From Tubulanus polymorphus (Eukaryota; Animalia; Nemertea), in contig NC_134026.1 of the NCBI RefSeq assembly GCF_964204645.1, forward strand, positions 21,548,150 to 21,612,149: a stretch of DNA of 64,000 nt, in the 5' to 3' direction. Below, in pieces: positions 23,014 through 36,600 of the stretch. Both the position numbers and the translations under genes were made by a program. The notes under the pieces are model-generated. The model was not told the DNA's origin and made no database searches. It was given only the letters and a program-made list of their open reading frames with translations. Positions within the stretch are counted from its first letter, which is position 1; every line of letters starts with the position of its first letter.

Positions 23014-25924
23014 AACTAAGTGGTGTCATTCCTTTGACTCATCTAGTAATCCAATGTTTTTCTTGTTACGTTCACCCATTGGCGAGGATACCTACTATTA
23101 ATCCTGTGGATGGGAGAACTCCAAGAGAATTACTGGTTCAGATCTGGATATAAACAGAAAGGACTGATCACCATTTCATCATGTTACTTCGGAATAACTA
23201 TTGAGAAGACTTAACTATTTTGACTGGAATTCACTGTGTCCGCTTGTGATAATTTAACTATTAATTATTGATATCATATATTTTTTTTTGTTTTGACTTA
23301 ATGACGGAGGTAGTCATATAATGCTGATAAAGCAAGCGGGACTTGTGCCACCAAGGAAGATAATGTGGCGATATATTTATTCCCCCCAGAGAGACTTTGA
23401 TTAAAAAAAAAAATAGTGTTTACCTAAGTTAACCAGAGGAAATGGTAGTAATTATTAGAAATTTCATATTGCTTTTTAACTTAAAAATCATTAAAACATC
23501 TTTCACAAAATTAGATCAGTTTGGTTTTGTTTTGAACGTCATCGAGTTTGTAGTTTTAAAAAAGATGAAGTTGTTGTCATGGCATGCAACACTAACTAAG
23601 AGAGACTGATAATGGACTAAATGAAGGAATATTTGGAATCTGTTCACTCGTCGTCTATGCAGATTTATGTTTTAGAAGCGACAATTATATCCATGCGGCT
23701 ATAGTGAACTGGTGCTTTGGTGTCGATTACGGCGGCTAAAATTCAATTGAGTCTCGTACCTAATACGAAAATAAAAAATCATCTAGGCATGAGAGCTGTT
23801 AGTGTTGCCTGTATTCAAACATCTTAGGTTCCACATTAAAAAGCTTTGATGGTTCATAAATAACTATTCAATCAGTTTTCGTTGATTATTCAAGGTGTGC
23901 TGTTGTATTGTTTTATTTAGCGAATCTTAAAAAAAAACTGTATTGTTATGATGATAACTCTCTCAATTCTGATGTTGCTCGTTTTTGCGTTTATCTCTTC
24001 GAATGATGATGATGATTATCAAACCCCCTGTGTTATACTTGTCGCTCTTCGTCGCCAAAGAGAGCTATATTCAACTACTACTTGCGTACTCAGTTGGTTG
24101 AGGTTCAATTCTATCCGGCAAACAATGAATGAAATGAAGCCTTGGTTCGAAAATATGAATGTTCAATTGCAGGGAGTTCATCAGATGAAAAATTCAGATA
24201 TTTTCTGCCATATATTATATGCATATAGCGAACAAATTTTTAAGCATACACGTATTGAGTTGAATAAAATAAATGCAATCTTGGTGTCTTGATCCTTAAA
24301 CTCTTCTGAGTGCAGTGGATGTTGATTTGTTCAGTGTGCGTGTGTGTGTCCTTCCTTTATCCTTGATGACTTGCGCTTCGAAAAGAGAAAGATTTCTCCC
24401 AGTTGCTTGAAAGCTGAATTTAGTAAAGTTATTTCAAAGGAGTATTTGACGGGTTACTTAAGAGCCGATCGTCTTTAAGATTCGGTCTGAAGAACGCTTA
24501 GTCGCAATGCGAGGTGGGCGAGTTGCCTCTCTGACAGTCGTCAAAAATAGAATGTACCATTCTTCGATGATGCTAATGACTGGTCTGCGATCGGTATTAA
24601 TAATCTAGGGCTCATGTCACTGATTCTGCCATCGCCAATGCCACCTAACAGACAATGGGGTCAGTTCTTTCGTGACCTGAGTAAGGCCTAAATTCAATTT
24701 TCAAGGAACTGGTGCCTGTATAGATTATGGCTATTTCGTAATGTTTTTTAAGTGCAAGCAAAATGATAAGGGGAAGGTATGGTAGATCCATTAAATAGCT
24801 GATAGGAATAACTACTTTGTATCTGGCCTAGCAATTTCAATTATACCACTTCATGGGATAATGTCATTAAGAATTTTGAGTTTTTGAATAAAATTTGACA
24901 TTACAACGGAGGAAATCATCCTATCGAATTTTGTTTTCATGCATGTTTGATGAGCAAATTTCGTGCTGTGTTCGGCTTGCGGTGAATGCATCCTGTGCGC
25001 GAGGAATTTCGCCAGACCAGCTCGGACTATGATTTTTAAACTACAATCGGATCGTCCGTCCCATTCTAAGAGAAGCTCATGTTGATATGTTATTTCTCTA
25101 CGAGGGCTCATTTCTATTTCATCATAAATAATTATGTGCTTACACAATTATCCCCTTGATGCCACTGTCATACTTCTGCGTTCATATCTACCTGGTCCAG
25201 TAGTACGTCTTCAGGTGTGTGCATATCCTTTGTTGTGTTGGATGCCGGTAGTTATAAATTGCGATGTATGGGATCCTCTCCGTGCAGGTATTCACACTAA
25301 AAGAGTGGCTGAGCTGTTTTCACAGTTCGAATTCAGCGGTATCTGCTGGGCATCGAATGACAATTTCTGGCTTGGGGTCATTCATTTATTTCGCATTGGG
25401 GGAGGGGTCAATGTATATGAAAAAATGGCCGATTTTGTGTACAGAGGGGGAGGGGGTTGAAAAATTTGAATTTTATGCGTACGTAATAAATGAAAAATCC
25501 CCTTGTCAGGGAAATGAATATTTAAGTTCCCAGGATTAATATACATGTAACTGAATATCAAATTTTTCCTGGGACAAAAGGAAATATTTGGAACTCACAT
25601 TTTTTCCGAAGTGTCCTCAAAGGACGAATAGTCCTTGAATTCATTCATTCTCAACAAGCCCTGAATGCTGTTGAGATATACTTATTCCTATGAAATTCTT
25701 GTACGTAAATAACAATTGAGAAGTAACTACTGTCGACTGCCTTACAATTGAATCAGGAAATTTTACAAACACTCAATTTATACCCTATTCCCATACTTAA
25801 TTCAGTAGGTAATTAATTGGGGAAAATCTCAGAGTCATAAGTATGTCAAATCTTGATAGTAAGTTGTTTATAAATGATGAAAGAAAACATTCTTAACAGG
25901 GCGGTATTCCATCTATATTTTTAG

Positions 25925-27132
25925 ATAGAGAAAGAATTGGAAGATATTTGTAATGATATACTGCTAGTTCTGGATGAACATCTAATCAAGAATGCAGAAT
26001 TTGACGAAGCCAAGGTGTTCTACCATAAAATGTAAGTAAAAATGAAAATAATGTATCTGATTCCATAATGCCAGAGACCCTTGTGGCTCTGATCCTTCAT
26101 TCATCTTGTTCCATATGCCCTTTGAAGTGACAGTCCTCGAAGTTTTCGTAAATGTTCTCCCTCCAAGTAAGAATTTGAACAGCAGGCCATTTTGAGAGTT
26201 CCCGTGGTCGAATTTTACAACTCGTCACACTCTGGAACTAGCCCCGGAACAGTCAACCACCCTTCATTTTTATCCGCTATTCCCAGCTGCTACCAAGTAA
26301 AAGCTTAGTCGTGAATTTATTAATGCTTTTAGTTTCTGATTTTCCGATAGTGGTGGATAACCAGGAGTTGACTGCATATTGTGCTAAATGACTGTGAATA
26401 ACTCAACTGATGTAGAATATGATTTTCAGGAAGGGGGATTATCATCGTTATTTGGCCGAGTTCGCCATTGCACCCGGAAGAAAAGCGGCGGCTGACAAGA
26501 GTTTAGAATCTTACACGAAAGCTCAGGAGATCGCAGGTAGTCTGCCGACCACTCATCCAATTCGTTTAGGGCTAGCTCTGAACTTCTCGGTGTTCTACTA
26601 CGAAATTCTGAGTTCGCCGGAGAAAGCATGCGGTCTCGCGAAGAAAGCGTTCGATGACGCGATCGCCGAACTGGACACGTTGAGCGAGGAAAGCTACAAG
26701 GATTCGACGCTGATCATGCAGCTCTTAAGAGACAATCTCACACTGTGGACAACTGACATGAATACTGAAGGTTCGTTCAATATCTTTTATTTTAATCATT
26801 ACTTGATTCCTTAAAAACTCATTCTAAACGGAAATTGTTTTTGAAGGTGCTTGAAACGCCTTTAATTTGAGAAAAATGTCGGAAACTCTATTAAAACTAC
26901 AATAACTTTGAGAAATAGGCGATTAGGTACTTACGAAATTGTATATTAGACTAAAAATCAAACCAAAATCAGTACATTTTGAACCAGGATCTTTTTCCTC
27001 AATTTGATTGGCAGTAGCCAAATTAGAAACTAAGTTTGATAATGTCAATTGATAATGCCTTGCAATTTTTCAGAAGGCGACAGTGCCAAGGCTGAAGACG
27101 CCGAAGACCAAGCCCAGCAACCTCAATCATAA
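25925..27132 (+). CDS. YWHAE: 14-3-3 epsilon 3' cassette c (exons 3c-5c), most canonical epsilon sequence, no exons 1-2 of its own
   Basis: 25925-26031 (IEKELEDIC...AKVFYHKM), 26430-26770 ([12 protein letters not shown]...[20 protein letters not shown]...[32 protein letters not shown]), 27074-27132. Long AU-rich 3'UTR, AATAAA at 29982. Confidence 0.92.
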
Positions 27133-30100
27133 ACAACAGCATATCAACTTTAAAGATGAAGTATACATATATCTATCTATTCATGTCATTTCATTTGGTA
27201 GAGACGCCATCAAAGCTGTTTTTCTCTCGGACCAGTAAAACCGCTTTAGTAGGCCACGCGACATCACTCGACAACATCACTCGACAACTACAAATCAACA
27301 ACGAAAGCAGGAACAAAGAGATATTATTCTATATAACTGTGTATATTTGTATTATGCTGAAAGTATGGTATCAGCATTGTATTCGGCGTAGACTCGATAA
27401 TGTATTCACAAATTCGTTGTATAATTTCTGGTGGTGCTGTTGAAAACCACTCGTATGTCTCTCCTATTTAATGTTCTCATCATGGACATCTTAAGCGAAT
27501 TTAAAACATAGGTGACACCCGAGTATCTTTCTGCAGATTTGAACTGCTCCCCTTCAGATATTTACATTTGTTCGTGTAAAATTGTCACGCGCACCTTTTC
27601 GAAGCGGCGATATAATGACTTAAATCGGGATTTCGAGTATGTTGTCAGTTCATTTTCGAAGAGGAATGCTTTGAGGTGAGGTACTGAGGTCTGGCCAATT
27701 AAAAATCGGAAGAGTTGTGGTAAAGTTACCAGTTGAGGGGCCAGGCAGTAGTAGAATGATGCCTTTATTGACGAACGTGAATAAGTGGCGATTTGATTCG
27801 CTTAATCAATAACATAACGCAATGTTGATTTCTGTTGTCGACGGAGTGCGAGAAGGCATATATACTAAAGGGTATCTAGATACAGTAGATATTTTGCGAT
27901 ACGCCAGTCGTGTTTTCTATGTATTTGATGATGTGTCTGTTGTATGCTGTTTTGTCTTTTATATTATACAGTCAAACCCCGATAAAACGTTTTTACCACT
28001 TCGCACGGAATCCCCTGGGGTATATTGTCAGTTCATCATCTCGATGAAGAAAGTAGTAAGTCTTCAGGGTAAAAAAAAAGGGATACGCATTTTATCGGGG
28101 TTTTACCGTGTAGGACAAATTAGAGTGAAACTGTACGAATATGAATATTCAAGTGACCACGTTTTCGCGCCTCGAAAATGCTTAGAATACTATGATACTA
28201 TGCTTTATTTAGTGGACAGATTTTTAAAGTGAGTTTTTAAACAATAAATCAAGACCATCGATGGAATGAAAGTAGCGTAAAAAACCTCAAAATGATGCTT
28301 TATTTATGAGAATTATTTATTTCATTCTAAACTGTAGTATGAGCACGAGTATTCATGCGTTAAGATATATGACCGAAGTACTGTTTCATAGCGTAAAAAG
28401 TATCATGCCAGATTTGATAAGGACGATGCATTTTAAATTAAAAAAAAAACTCAAAAGTGAAATTTTTTCATAGGTACTTGTGATTTTTAAGTTTCGATTG
28501 ACACATTCGAAGATGTTTGGAATCGTGGTAATCGTCGATATAAATTCTCTTTTTGTATAAAATTCTTATCATCCGCGTTCACTTCCGCAAAAGCTGGTCT
28601 TGCAGCCTTCACGAAAACAACCGTTAAAGTACCGTAATTGAATATGGGAAAGCTTGAATATTGTCGTGGAATTTGTGAAACCTGTTAAGTAGCGCAAGTG
28701 TCGATGGAAAAATCTGTAGCATGCCATTTTAATGCTTTTATCCGATATTGAGTTATTATTCTGCTCTCAATTAGATGATATAGACTTCGTAATCACACTA
28801 TTTACTCTTTCTATCACTTATCAATTAATATTATTTACCACTTAACAGGTGGAAGTTTTTTTTTGTAACATTGTAGTATCATTCCTTTTATTCGATAAAT
28901 GTACTGTATTAATTATTATATAATAATGACTGGCCATTTATATATAAAACGATTATATTATGATCGATTGGTTCGTTCCCCATCGCTGTTTGTTTCGAAT
29001 GTTTTCACACTGTTGAATGATTGAAACGGTATATGAACTGCATGTTAGAACATTTCGAACGAAGGGTCAGTCAGTGGTTGGCCGCCGAAAGAATGGAAGA
29101 TTTAGTGCCCGGTCCGTCTTTGGTTGTCGGGCGATTGGTTTTTTGATTGTATTTCGGAATGAGTTTCTAGCGAGTTTTATAGACGCCCGAACGTAGGTAC
29201 GAATAAACGCTTTGTCGATGTTGCTATAGCTGTAATGATAATTACGTGCGCGGCATGTATTCTGTAGTTGATCTATCGATCATCCCGTTTTATCAAGGAT
29301 GGCAAAATATTTTCATTCGCGAAGCTGAATCATGGAAGAAATACTAGAAATGCCAATTTGCAAGTTTCTCTCCTCGAATAGTCGATATGTAAGTGGTAGA
29401 ATTGAAGTTATGTAGTATTGATGTTGTAATCGAGTGGTCCTTGTTTGCTACGTTAGTAGAATTGTGTCTGGTGTTTGATCATCTCTTTTAACTCGGCATT
29501 ATTATAATTATTTCAATTCAGGCTGCGAATGTTTCGATGTTCAAATACGACGTGGCTTAAATTTTGACATTCGATACTTTTAGATATAAACACGCGCTAC
29601 GTATACTACAACATTTATATTGGATGCACTTTTGTGTATTGTGGTTGATCTTAAAAAAAAAAAAAACTAAAATTAATTTAGAAAAACACAATCCGAAAAA
29701 AAAGTTTCTCTTTACTTCGTAGCTTGCTACGTATACTGTGTTGAATTAGATGTTGTATGATGTCTGTCTTCTCTAACAATATAGTGTCTTAAAATAATAT
29801 TGACGTATGCTGCATACTAAGAACATGGCAGAATTTTTATATGCCGACGTCCCAAATAAATAATAGCAGATTATGTTATTAGGTATAAAATGCATAGTAT
29901 GCCTTTAGTGTTGCGATATTACAATATGATTATTATAATAATGTGCATGTTTGTAATTTAACCCGATGTAAATTCTCAACGAATAAAACAGATGATGGGG
30001 AATATTCTGAAATTTGTTCTTTGAGTAATTCATTTTTCACAGAGGATGCTTTCTTGCCTTTCAAGATTCTATACTGCCTGAACAAGGGAGCAATAAACAA

Positions 30101-30660
30101 GCCAGGAATAATAGTGAATAGCTGCTTGATGGTGACGACAAGTCACCGGAGTCAGAGAGGAATTTTAGTTGCCATCAGAGTTGACAGATTTTCTTGCCGA
30201 TTTCTTCAGAACTGCTTCCAAAAAGACAGATTACTACACAACATCCACAGCCGATGTCACAATGAGGAGTTAAGTGTGTCTATTTCAACAGCAGCCAATC
30301 AGTTTTAGTAGTAATGTACATACCTGATAAAGGTACAGATGGGCAGTGTAGTGAAAGTGACTCCATAATTTGAATGTTTCCATGCCTATAGTAAAATTTT
30401 TAGAAAATGGTCTTTTCTCCGAGACTATCCTCTATACCTTTTTTGAGCCAAGAAAGTAGATTATATACTACAACAATTTCTAAACAGTGCTTTAAAGTAC
30501 CACAGAGACCCCACACTATTCTTGTTGTATTCATATCAATTTCATCCTGAAAGATGCTGTTTAGAAGATAATTTAAAAGTGATGGAGGAAAACTGATGCT
30601 TCAAAGACAAAACTTGACACACAGAATTCGTAATAAAAACCTTTATTATCCAAAGAGACA

Positions 30661-33600
30661 TCATTTCTTTTTTCGACTTTTTGCTTGCCTGCCCCCCTTT
30701 TTCTGATTCTTAACATTCACTTTGTGTTGTCGATCATCCTTTCTCATTCTGGGATCGACAACTTTGAAGCGACCTTTCACACCAGCTGGACGACTGACTC
30801 GCTTGCCCATTCCTCTTTTAGCAACCACGTACTGTACTTCCTCTTTCTTATTTTTCAGTAAGCCCGCTCGTTTATATATCCTAGGAGAGTTAATGCAAAT
30901 TACAGCGACATGTACTAGGTAATCCTCACTTGCCAGGGATTGAGTGCCTCCTACCGAAACTCACACTAAGACGTACACTGGCCACAAATCCTTTAGATCT
31001 ATTAATCTGCCCAAGTTTTCTTGGGCGGACATCTTGCTAGTCAGCAGCCACCAATTTATATATCTAGCCAATCAGATGTGTTGTGCTGATAGAGCGAATC
31101 TGCTAGTTAAAAACAACGCATCTGATTGGCTTAATACATAGACTGGTGGCGGATGTCCGCTAAAGATATCTTGAGCAGTGTATTAGACCCAATGAAGGTT
31201 CTGGGGCCAGGGTTTGTGTTGGCACGAGCTTCAGTGGGAGGCAATCACACCCTTGCAAGCGAAGATCGAACTGTGTATGACAGAAACCTTTTTTATCACG
31301 TACTGTTTAATTTGTTGCCACTTTTCACGATCGGTCACATCGACCGTTTCAGACACGACGTCCGCTTTCTTTCGCGCTTTTTCGATCCTTTTGACCATCT
31401 TGAAAAAGAACAACAAAAATCTCATTTTTTCTACCATCGAAATCAATCAAGCAGCTATCTACAAAGGATATATGGTTGCCTGAACAAACCTTTCTCTTTT
31501 TTCGGCCTTTTGCTTCCGCTATTTTCTTCATCGGTCTCGCATTGACTGCTTTCAGTCTTTCTTTATATTCGGCTACCTCTTCCTGAATTAAAAAACACGT
31601 TTCATCGATTAGTACATGCACGCAAGGAATTATCGAAAACCTCAAATAATAAAACTGACCTTCGTTACAGGCAGCCTTTTCTTCATATGCTTTCTTTCAT
31701 CTTGCACAAACCAGTCGGGCAAGTGTTCGTCATTGTTTGTGAACCTAGACAATTTACAAACATAAACCTGGTACATGCAAGCATACGTTATATGAGTGAA
31801 TTTTATAGATCCGGAAAAATTGTTGCAATGACTAAACCGACCATTTAAAATGATGATATTATTGGGTCCAATGTTTGATTTTCTATACAGGGTCCATACA
31901 GATCAGTCATTCCTGGATATAATGTTTAATTTTCTATACAGAGTGCATACAGACCAGTCATTCCTGGATATAAGGAGTTTTCAAGGATTTTTAAAGGAAA
32001 AAGATTCAAATTTTGAAGAAGGGCCCGCATCGCATTTATATCCCACAAAACTTTCTAATTGCCCATTTCTCAAAACTGAAGGAGTTTTAAAGGACTTTCT
32101 TGCTACATTGCTCGAATTAATGGAGCCTCAAGCCCCTTTAAAAATATTTTTGGTTTAGAAGCACTTTCAGGAATCGAGGAACTGTTATAACTATTCTTCC
32201 CGATTATGTGTCTCATCAAAACATCTGGATTGACCAGGTTGTACTTTTTATTTTTCACAATTGTTTCAAGTAATTAATCATTACCTGTTATACGCTCCCT
32301 CGATGATATCACGTCGTCGCTTTTGTGACTGTACCATCGCAGCACCGATAGCGAGACCTTCCGGATCCAACTTTCGAATTTTCGCCGCTTGCGTCTCGGC
32401 GGGCACCACTTCAAATCCGGCAGTATTCCCGCGTTTTAATGACGTCGTCTCTTTCGAATCTAGATTCTCGTTTATGTCGTAATCGCTGTCGTCATCATCA
32501 TCTTCCGAATCATCTGAAATATCATCATCGATGGATTTCAACTGAAACTCGTTATCGATACCGGACTCGTCCTCGGAATCGGATATTGCGTCGCCAACAT
32601 CTGATTCGCCATCAGAATTCTGCCTATCGTCTGATCTTTTATTTTTCTTCGCTTTATGTTCTTTCTTGTCCAGGTTTGTTGAAGATTTCCCTTTAATTAA
32701 ATAGAATGAATGGATGACCTTAATTTCAATTTACTTCAAGAAAAAATGTGTGTTAAATGCCTTTTGACCAAAATTACAGGATTCATCCAATCGCAAAGAT
32801 TGCCTTCAACCCAATTACCTAAGATTACGCCGCCCTTTTTCTTGTATTCCTCCGCCATTTTTTCAACTTCCAAATCCTCATCACGGTCGCCTTCGATTCC
32901 GCTGAAAATGTCCTATGAAACAAAAATACGGTACAGTAAGCTGTGCCCAAATCAGACATGGCCAACTCGGGCTTTGGACTATCTTGGCCAAAAACGACTT
33001 CAAAAAACACATTTTTCTGTTCTTTAACCTAAACCAATTTTGTCAGGCCCAATCTGAGTTAAGTGAAGTCGACTGTTTGCACCTTACTCGTGGCAAAAAC
33101 GTATCGAGTATGTCAAATGGTGAAAACTTACTCAAGACTCACCTTTTTAAACCACAGCGCTGCTTGGCGTTGAGATTTGTTGCTTTTTTCCTCTAGGTCA
33201 AGCATCAGTGGATTGGAATCGGGTTCCTCCTGCCTGGAATACAATATCATATATAGTATCACTCGCTTAATTCCGATAATTTTGGACCGATGAAACTAAT
33301 CTGGTTCATTAGAGAAATCCTAATCAAACGTCATATTTTACAGGATACATTCATATGTAGAAATGTTTTGTAAATATTGCAACAACATTTGAATTCATTC
33401 AATTAACCATATACAATATAATACATTAGGTAGTACTTGAGAGATGGCGCGAAAACCAACTTACTCATCTTTTTCATCATCATTATCACTTTCCTCTTCC
33501 TCTTCACCCTCTTCATTATATTCCTCCATTTCTAATTCCGCTTCCTCATCTTCCGAGTCGTCGTGTTCGCTTTCACTTTCGTCGCTGTAATCTTGAGTGG

Positions 33601-36600
33601 CGCCTCGATCGTAAGCCTGTCGAAGTTTACGATTCGACGTCATGTCATCGTCACTTTCATCTCCGTCGTCGTCCATGAAATCGATATCACCTTTTTCAAC
33701 AACTGACAAACCCTGGAATTATATTCAGTGAGAGAATATATTCAGAGGACCAGGAAAATTGATAACAACAGCAGCAATAGTTGTTACATGCAACATTACC
33801 TAAGCCACTGTTAAGCAGAGGCCAAGAATGAATGAATGAATGATAACATCTCATTCCTTACCTCTTTACTTTTGATTTTTCCTAATTTGAATAATGAAAT
33901 GTCATCTTGAAAGTCGTGTTTGTCACCGGGAATAACCATCTTTAAATCCATCTTCTGGCGTAATTTCGCCTTTTCTTTTCGCACTTTTTTCAATTTTCTG
34001 AAAATCAGAGAGAACGTCGGTTAATTTCAACATAATAAGTCAAAGATGATGGGAAATTCTTACTACTCTTTACTTCTCAACTTACTTCTTCTGTTCATGC
34101 TGTTCCGAAGCTTTCATTTCAGCTAATTTCTGATTAATCTGTTCATCCTCATCCACCTGATCTTCATTTTCCTCCTTTGTTTCTTCAATTTCTCTGAAAA
34201 ACAAAATTCCCGGTACCGTATAAATCCTGAAAAATCCCTCAATCCACCGAAACAACACTGGCGGGGACTTGATAGTTAGAATAGAATTCAATTCATCAAT
34301 AAGAAAATTACAAACCCTTCGTCTAGTTTTAGTTTCTCCGCGAATTCTTTGACAAGCTTTTTCCGCCAATTCAATAATGTTCTGTAAAAGATAAAATCAA
34401 TGAAATTACAATAATTGATTGACGAGAAAAATTCATAAATAAGGGGATTATATGCATCTTTTTGATAGAACACATTTACCTGATTTCTTTCTTTCCGAGA
34501 ACTTTGATATCCTTGCAACATTCCTTAATTTCAGTGGTGGTGGAAACATGACTGAGAACAGTTTTGAGGTCAATATCAATCTGAGAATTTCGATAACAGT
34601 GAATTTAGCGACCATAAATTTCAAGTTCATGCCTGCATTTAAATCCTAGAATGACTTACTGCACTTGCTGTGGAAAGAAGTTCTACATGATTTTCCGCTT
34701 GTAGAAACTTGCTCACTGGTAACGTATGGAAACACGTATAATCACCATCAGCATAACCTTCAACTTTCCTGGAAAATATTAACAACTTAGTCACTCAGGT
34801 ACTATAACTTAAATCTAATTTAGTAAGTGTTCAATCAACTTTTACACCACCAAATATTGGAAAACAATATACCAAAGCTTGTTGAATTCTTTTCTAAACA
34901 AACATGAGGAAACACAATAAATAGCCAAAAGCGGGATGAAAACAATGGTAGAAGTTGATACTAACTTATTCTTTTTCTCAGGATGAATCATATTTATTTC
35001 ATTAGTTGGGCCAGTGTCGACTTCTTTGAAGACGAATTTCGGATCGAGAAGTTTCGGATCGATTTTATCCGGCGCGAAGTAATGCTGACAGACGACGAAC
35101 ACCTCTGCCGATTCATTTCGTGAAGCTTGCGGTTTCGTAGCGAAAACCTTTCGGAAGAACTGCTTGAAAACCCACATCAACGCGTTGTAATCTTTCGAAC
35201 GGAAAACCTTCGTAACGAACCAACCGCCTTTTTTCAAAAAGTCTGTTCCAAGACGTAGCGCTTGAAGAGTCAACTCGGCTATAAAACAAGGATCATCACA
35301 TTTTAATTGACAATGAACCAAAGGTTAATGAACTAAATTCATAATTTTGGCATAAGTTGAGTATGGCCAATAGGCCTAATTGATTGAGTGGCATTTTGAG
35401 TTATTATTTGTTCATCCAAATTTTCTAACAATTTCAATTTCAATTTATTCATCATAAATCCAAAGTATAAGATTGTGAATGAAGAAAAACAACAATAACA
35501 ACAAACAGACAAAAAACAAAAATGTGTGACACAAAGATGTGCACTAACAGAAAAATAATAAAAGGAGAGAGAAGTAATACAATGTCTAACATATATATAT
35601 ACAATATTATTTAAGTGATATTTACAAGCCCATGATATATAAATTTCGCGATATTTAAGAAGATTGGTTTATTGGGATTAGTAAAGGCCGAAAGAAAAGT
35701 ATCTAGGTTTAGATTTACAATATCATATTTAGTTCTTAAGTTATCCTGCAGTTTACAATAAAAAAAGAACATGGGATTCGTCGCCGACAGCGTTACAGTG
35801 AGGGCAAATACGATTTGGTTGAGCGATGCCGAGTCTCCTTCCTTTTTCAATTATAAGGTTATGACATGACAATGGAAGTTTTGCTATTGCTGATTTTAGA
35901 GAATGGTCTTTTAAGAATAATAAATATGGTTCTAGCTGAAATTTAGATTTCATAGTTCTATAAAAGTTATACCGGCTGTGAGTTGGATCATTGATCTCTG
36001 AATTCCAAAAAATAAGAAAACCCTGCTGCATATATTTACATACAATTCTAGTTGATCTGGTTATATTTGGATGAAATATCCAAAATACGACATAATATAC
36101 AATAGAAATAGCATGGGCCTAAACAATTTCAAAAGGATTCATAATTATGGGTTGAAAGATAATTAATTACCTTGAGCAAATGCATCATGAACCCAGTTTT
36201 TACCCAAATTGGGTGCACCATCATTCAACACGCAATCAGCTTTCCATGTTTGAAGTTCTTTCTTCAAGGCCTAGAAAGAGATAACCAGAAAATGTAATCA
36301 CAAAATTTAAAAGAGACACCAAACTTCTTTTAAAACTGGTTCCTCAAATATTTGAATATTTTGGACTCAATTCACGCGTATTTCCAAATAATCATATTTT
36401 CTACCTGTCGACATTTATCTGTAGTAATATCTTCGGTGAGTGTGATACAATTTGGAACGGCCCGAATCGGCACCAAATCAACACCTGCAACATAAACAAG
36501 GAATAAACAAACCACTTCGCAGGACTGGATCAAAGAATCAAATCTCTATAAATGAATCGGCCGAAATGCTTACCGATAACATGACTAGAAACTGGAGTTT

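Noticed and set aside
25223-25231. ATATCCTTT, a perfect U12-type donor consensus beside element B of cassette c
   Set aside because: Not at an exon end, no matching copy in the other modules, and no convincing U12 branch/AC acceptor.
18700-25900. Four independent tandem 14-3-3 genes
   Set aside because: No exon 1 or exon 2 homolog and no conserved promoter block seen upstream of the third and fourth exon 3-5 blocks.
21988-27132. Cassettes b and c as truncated pseudogenes
   Set aside because: Frames, splice sites, phases and ligand-binding residues are intact despite heavy synonymous and intron divergence.
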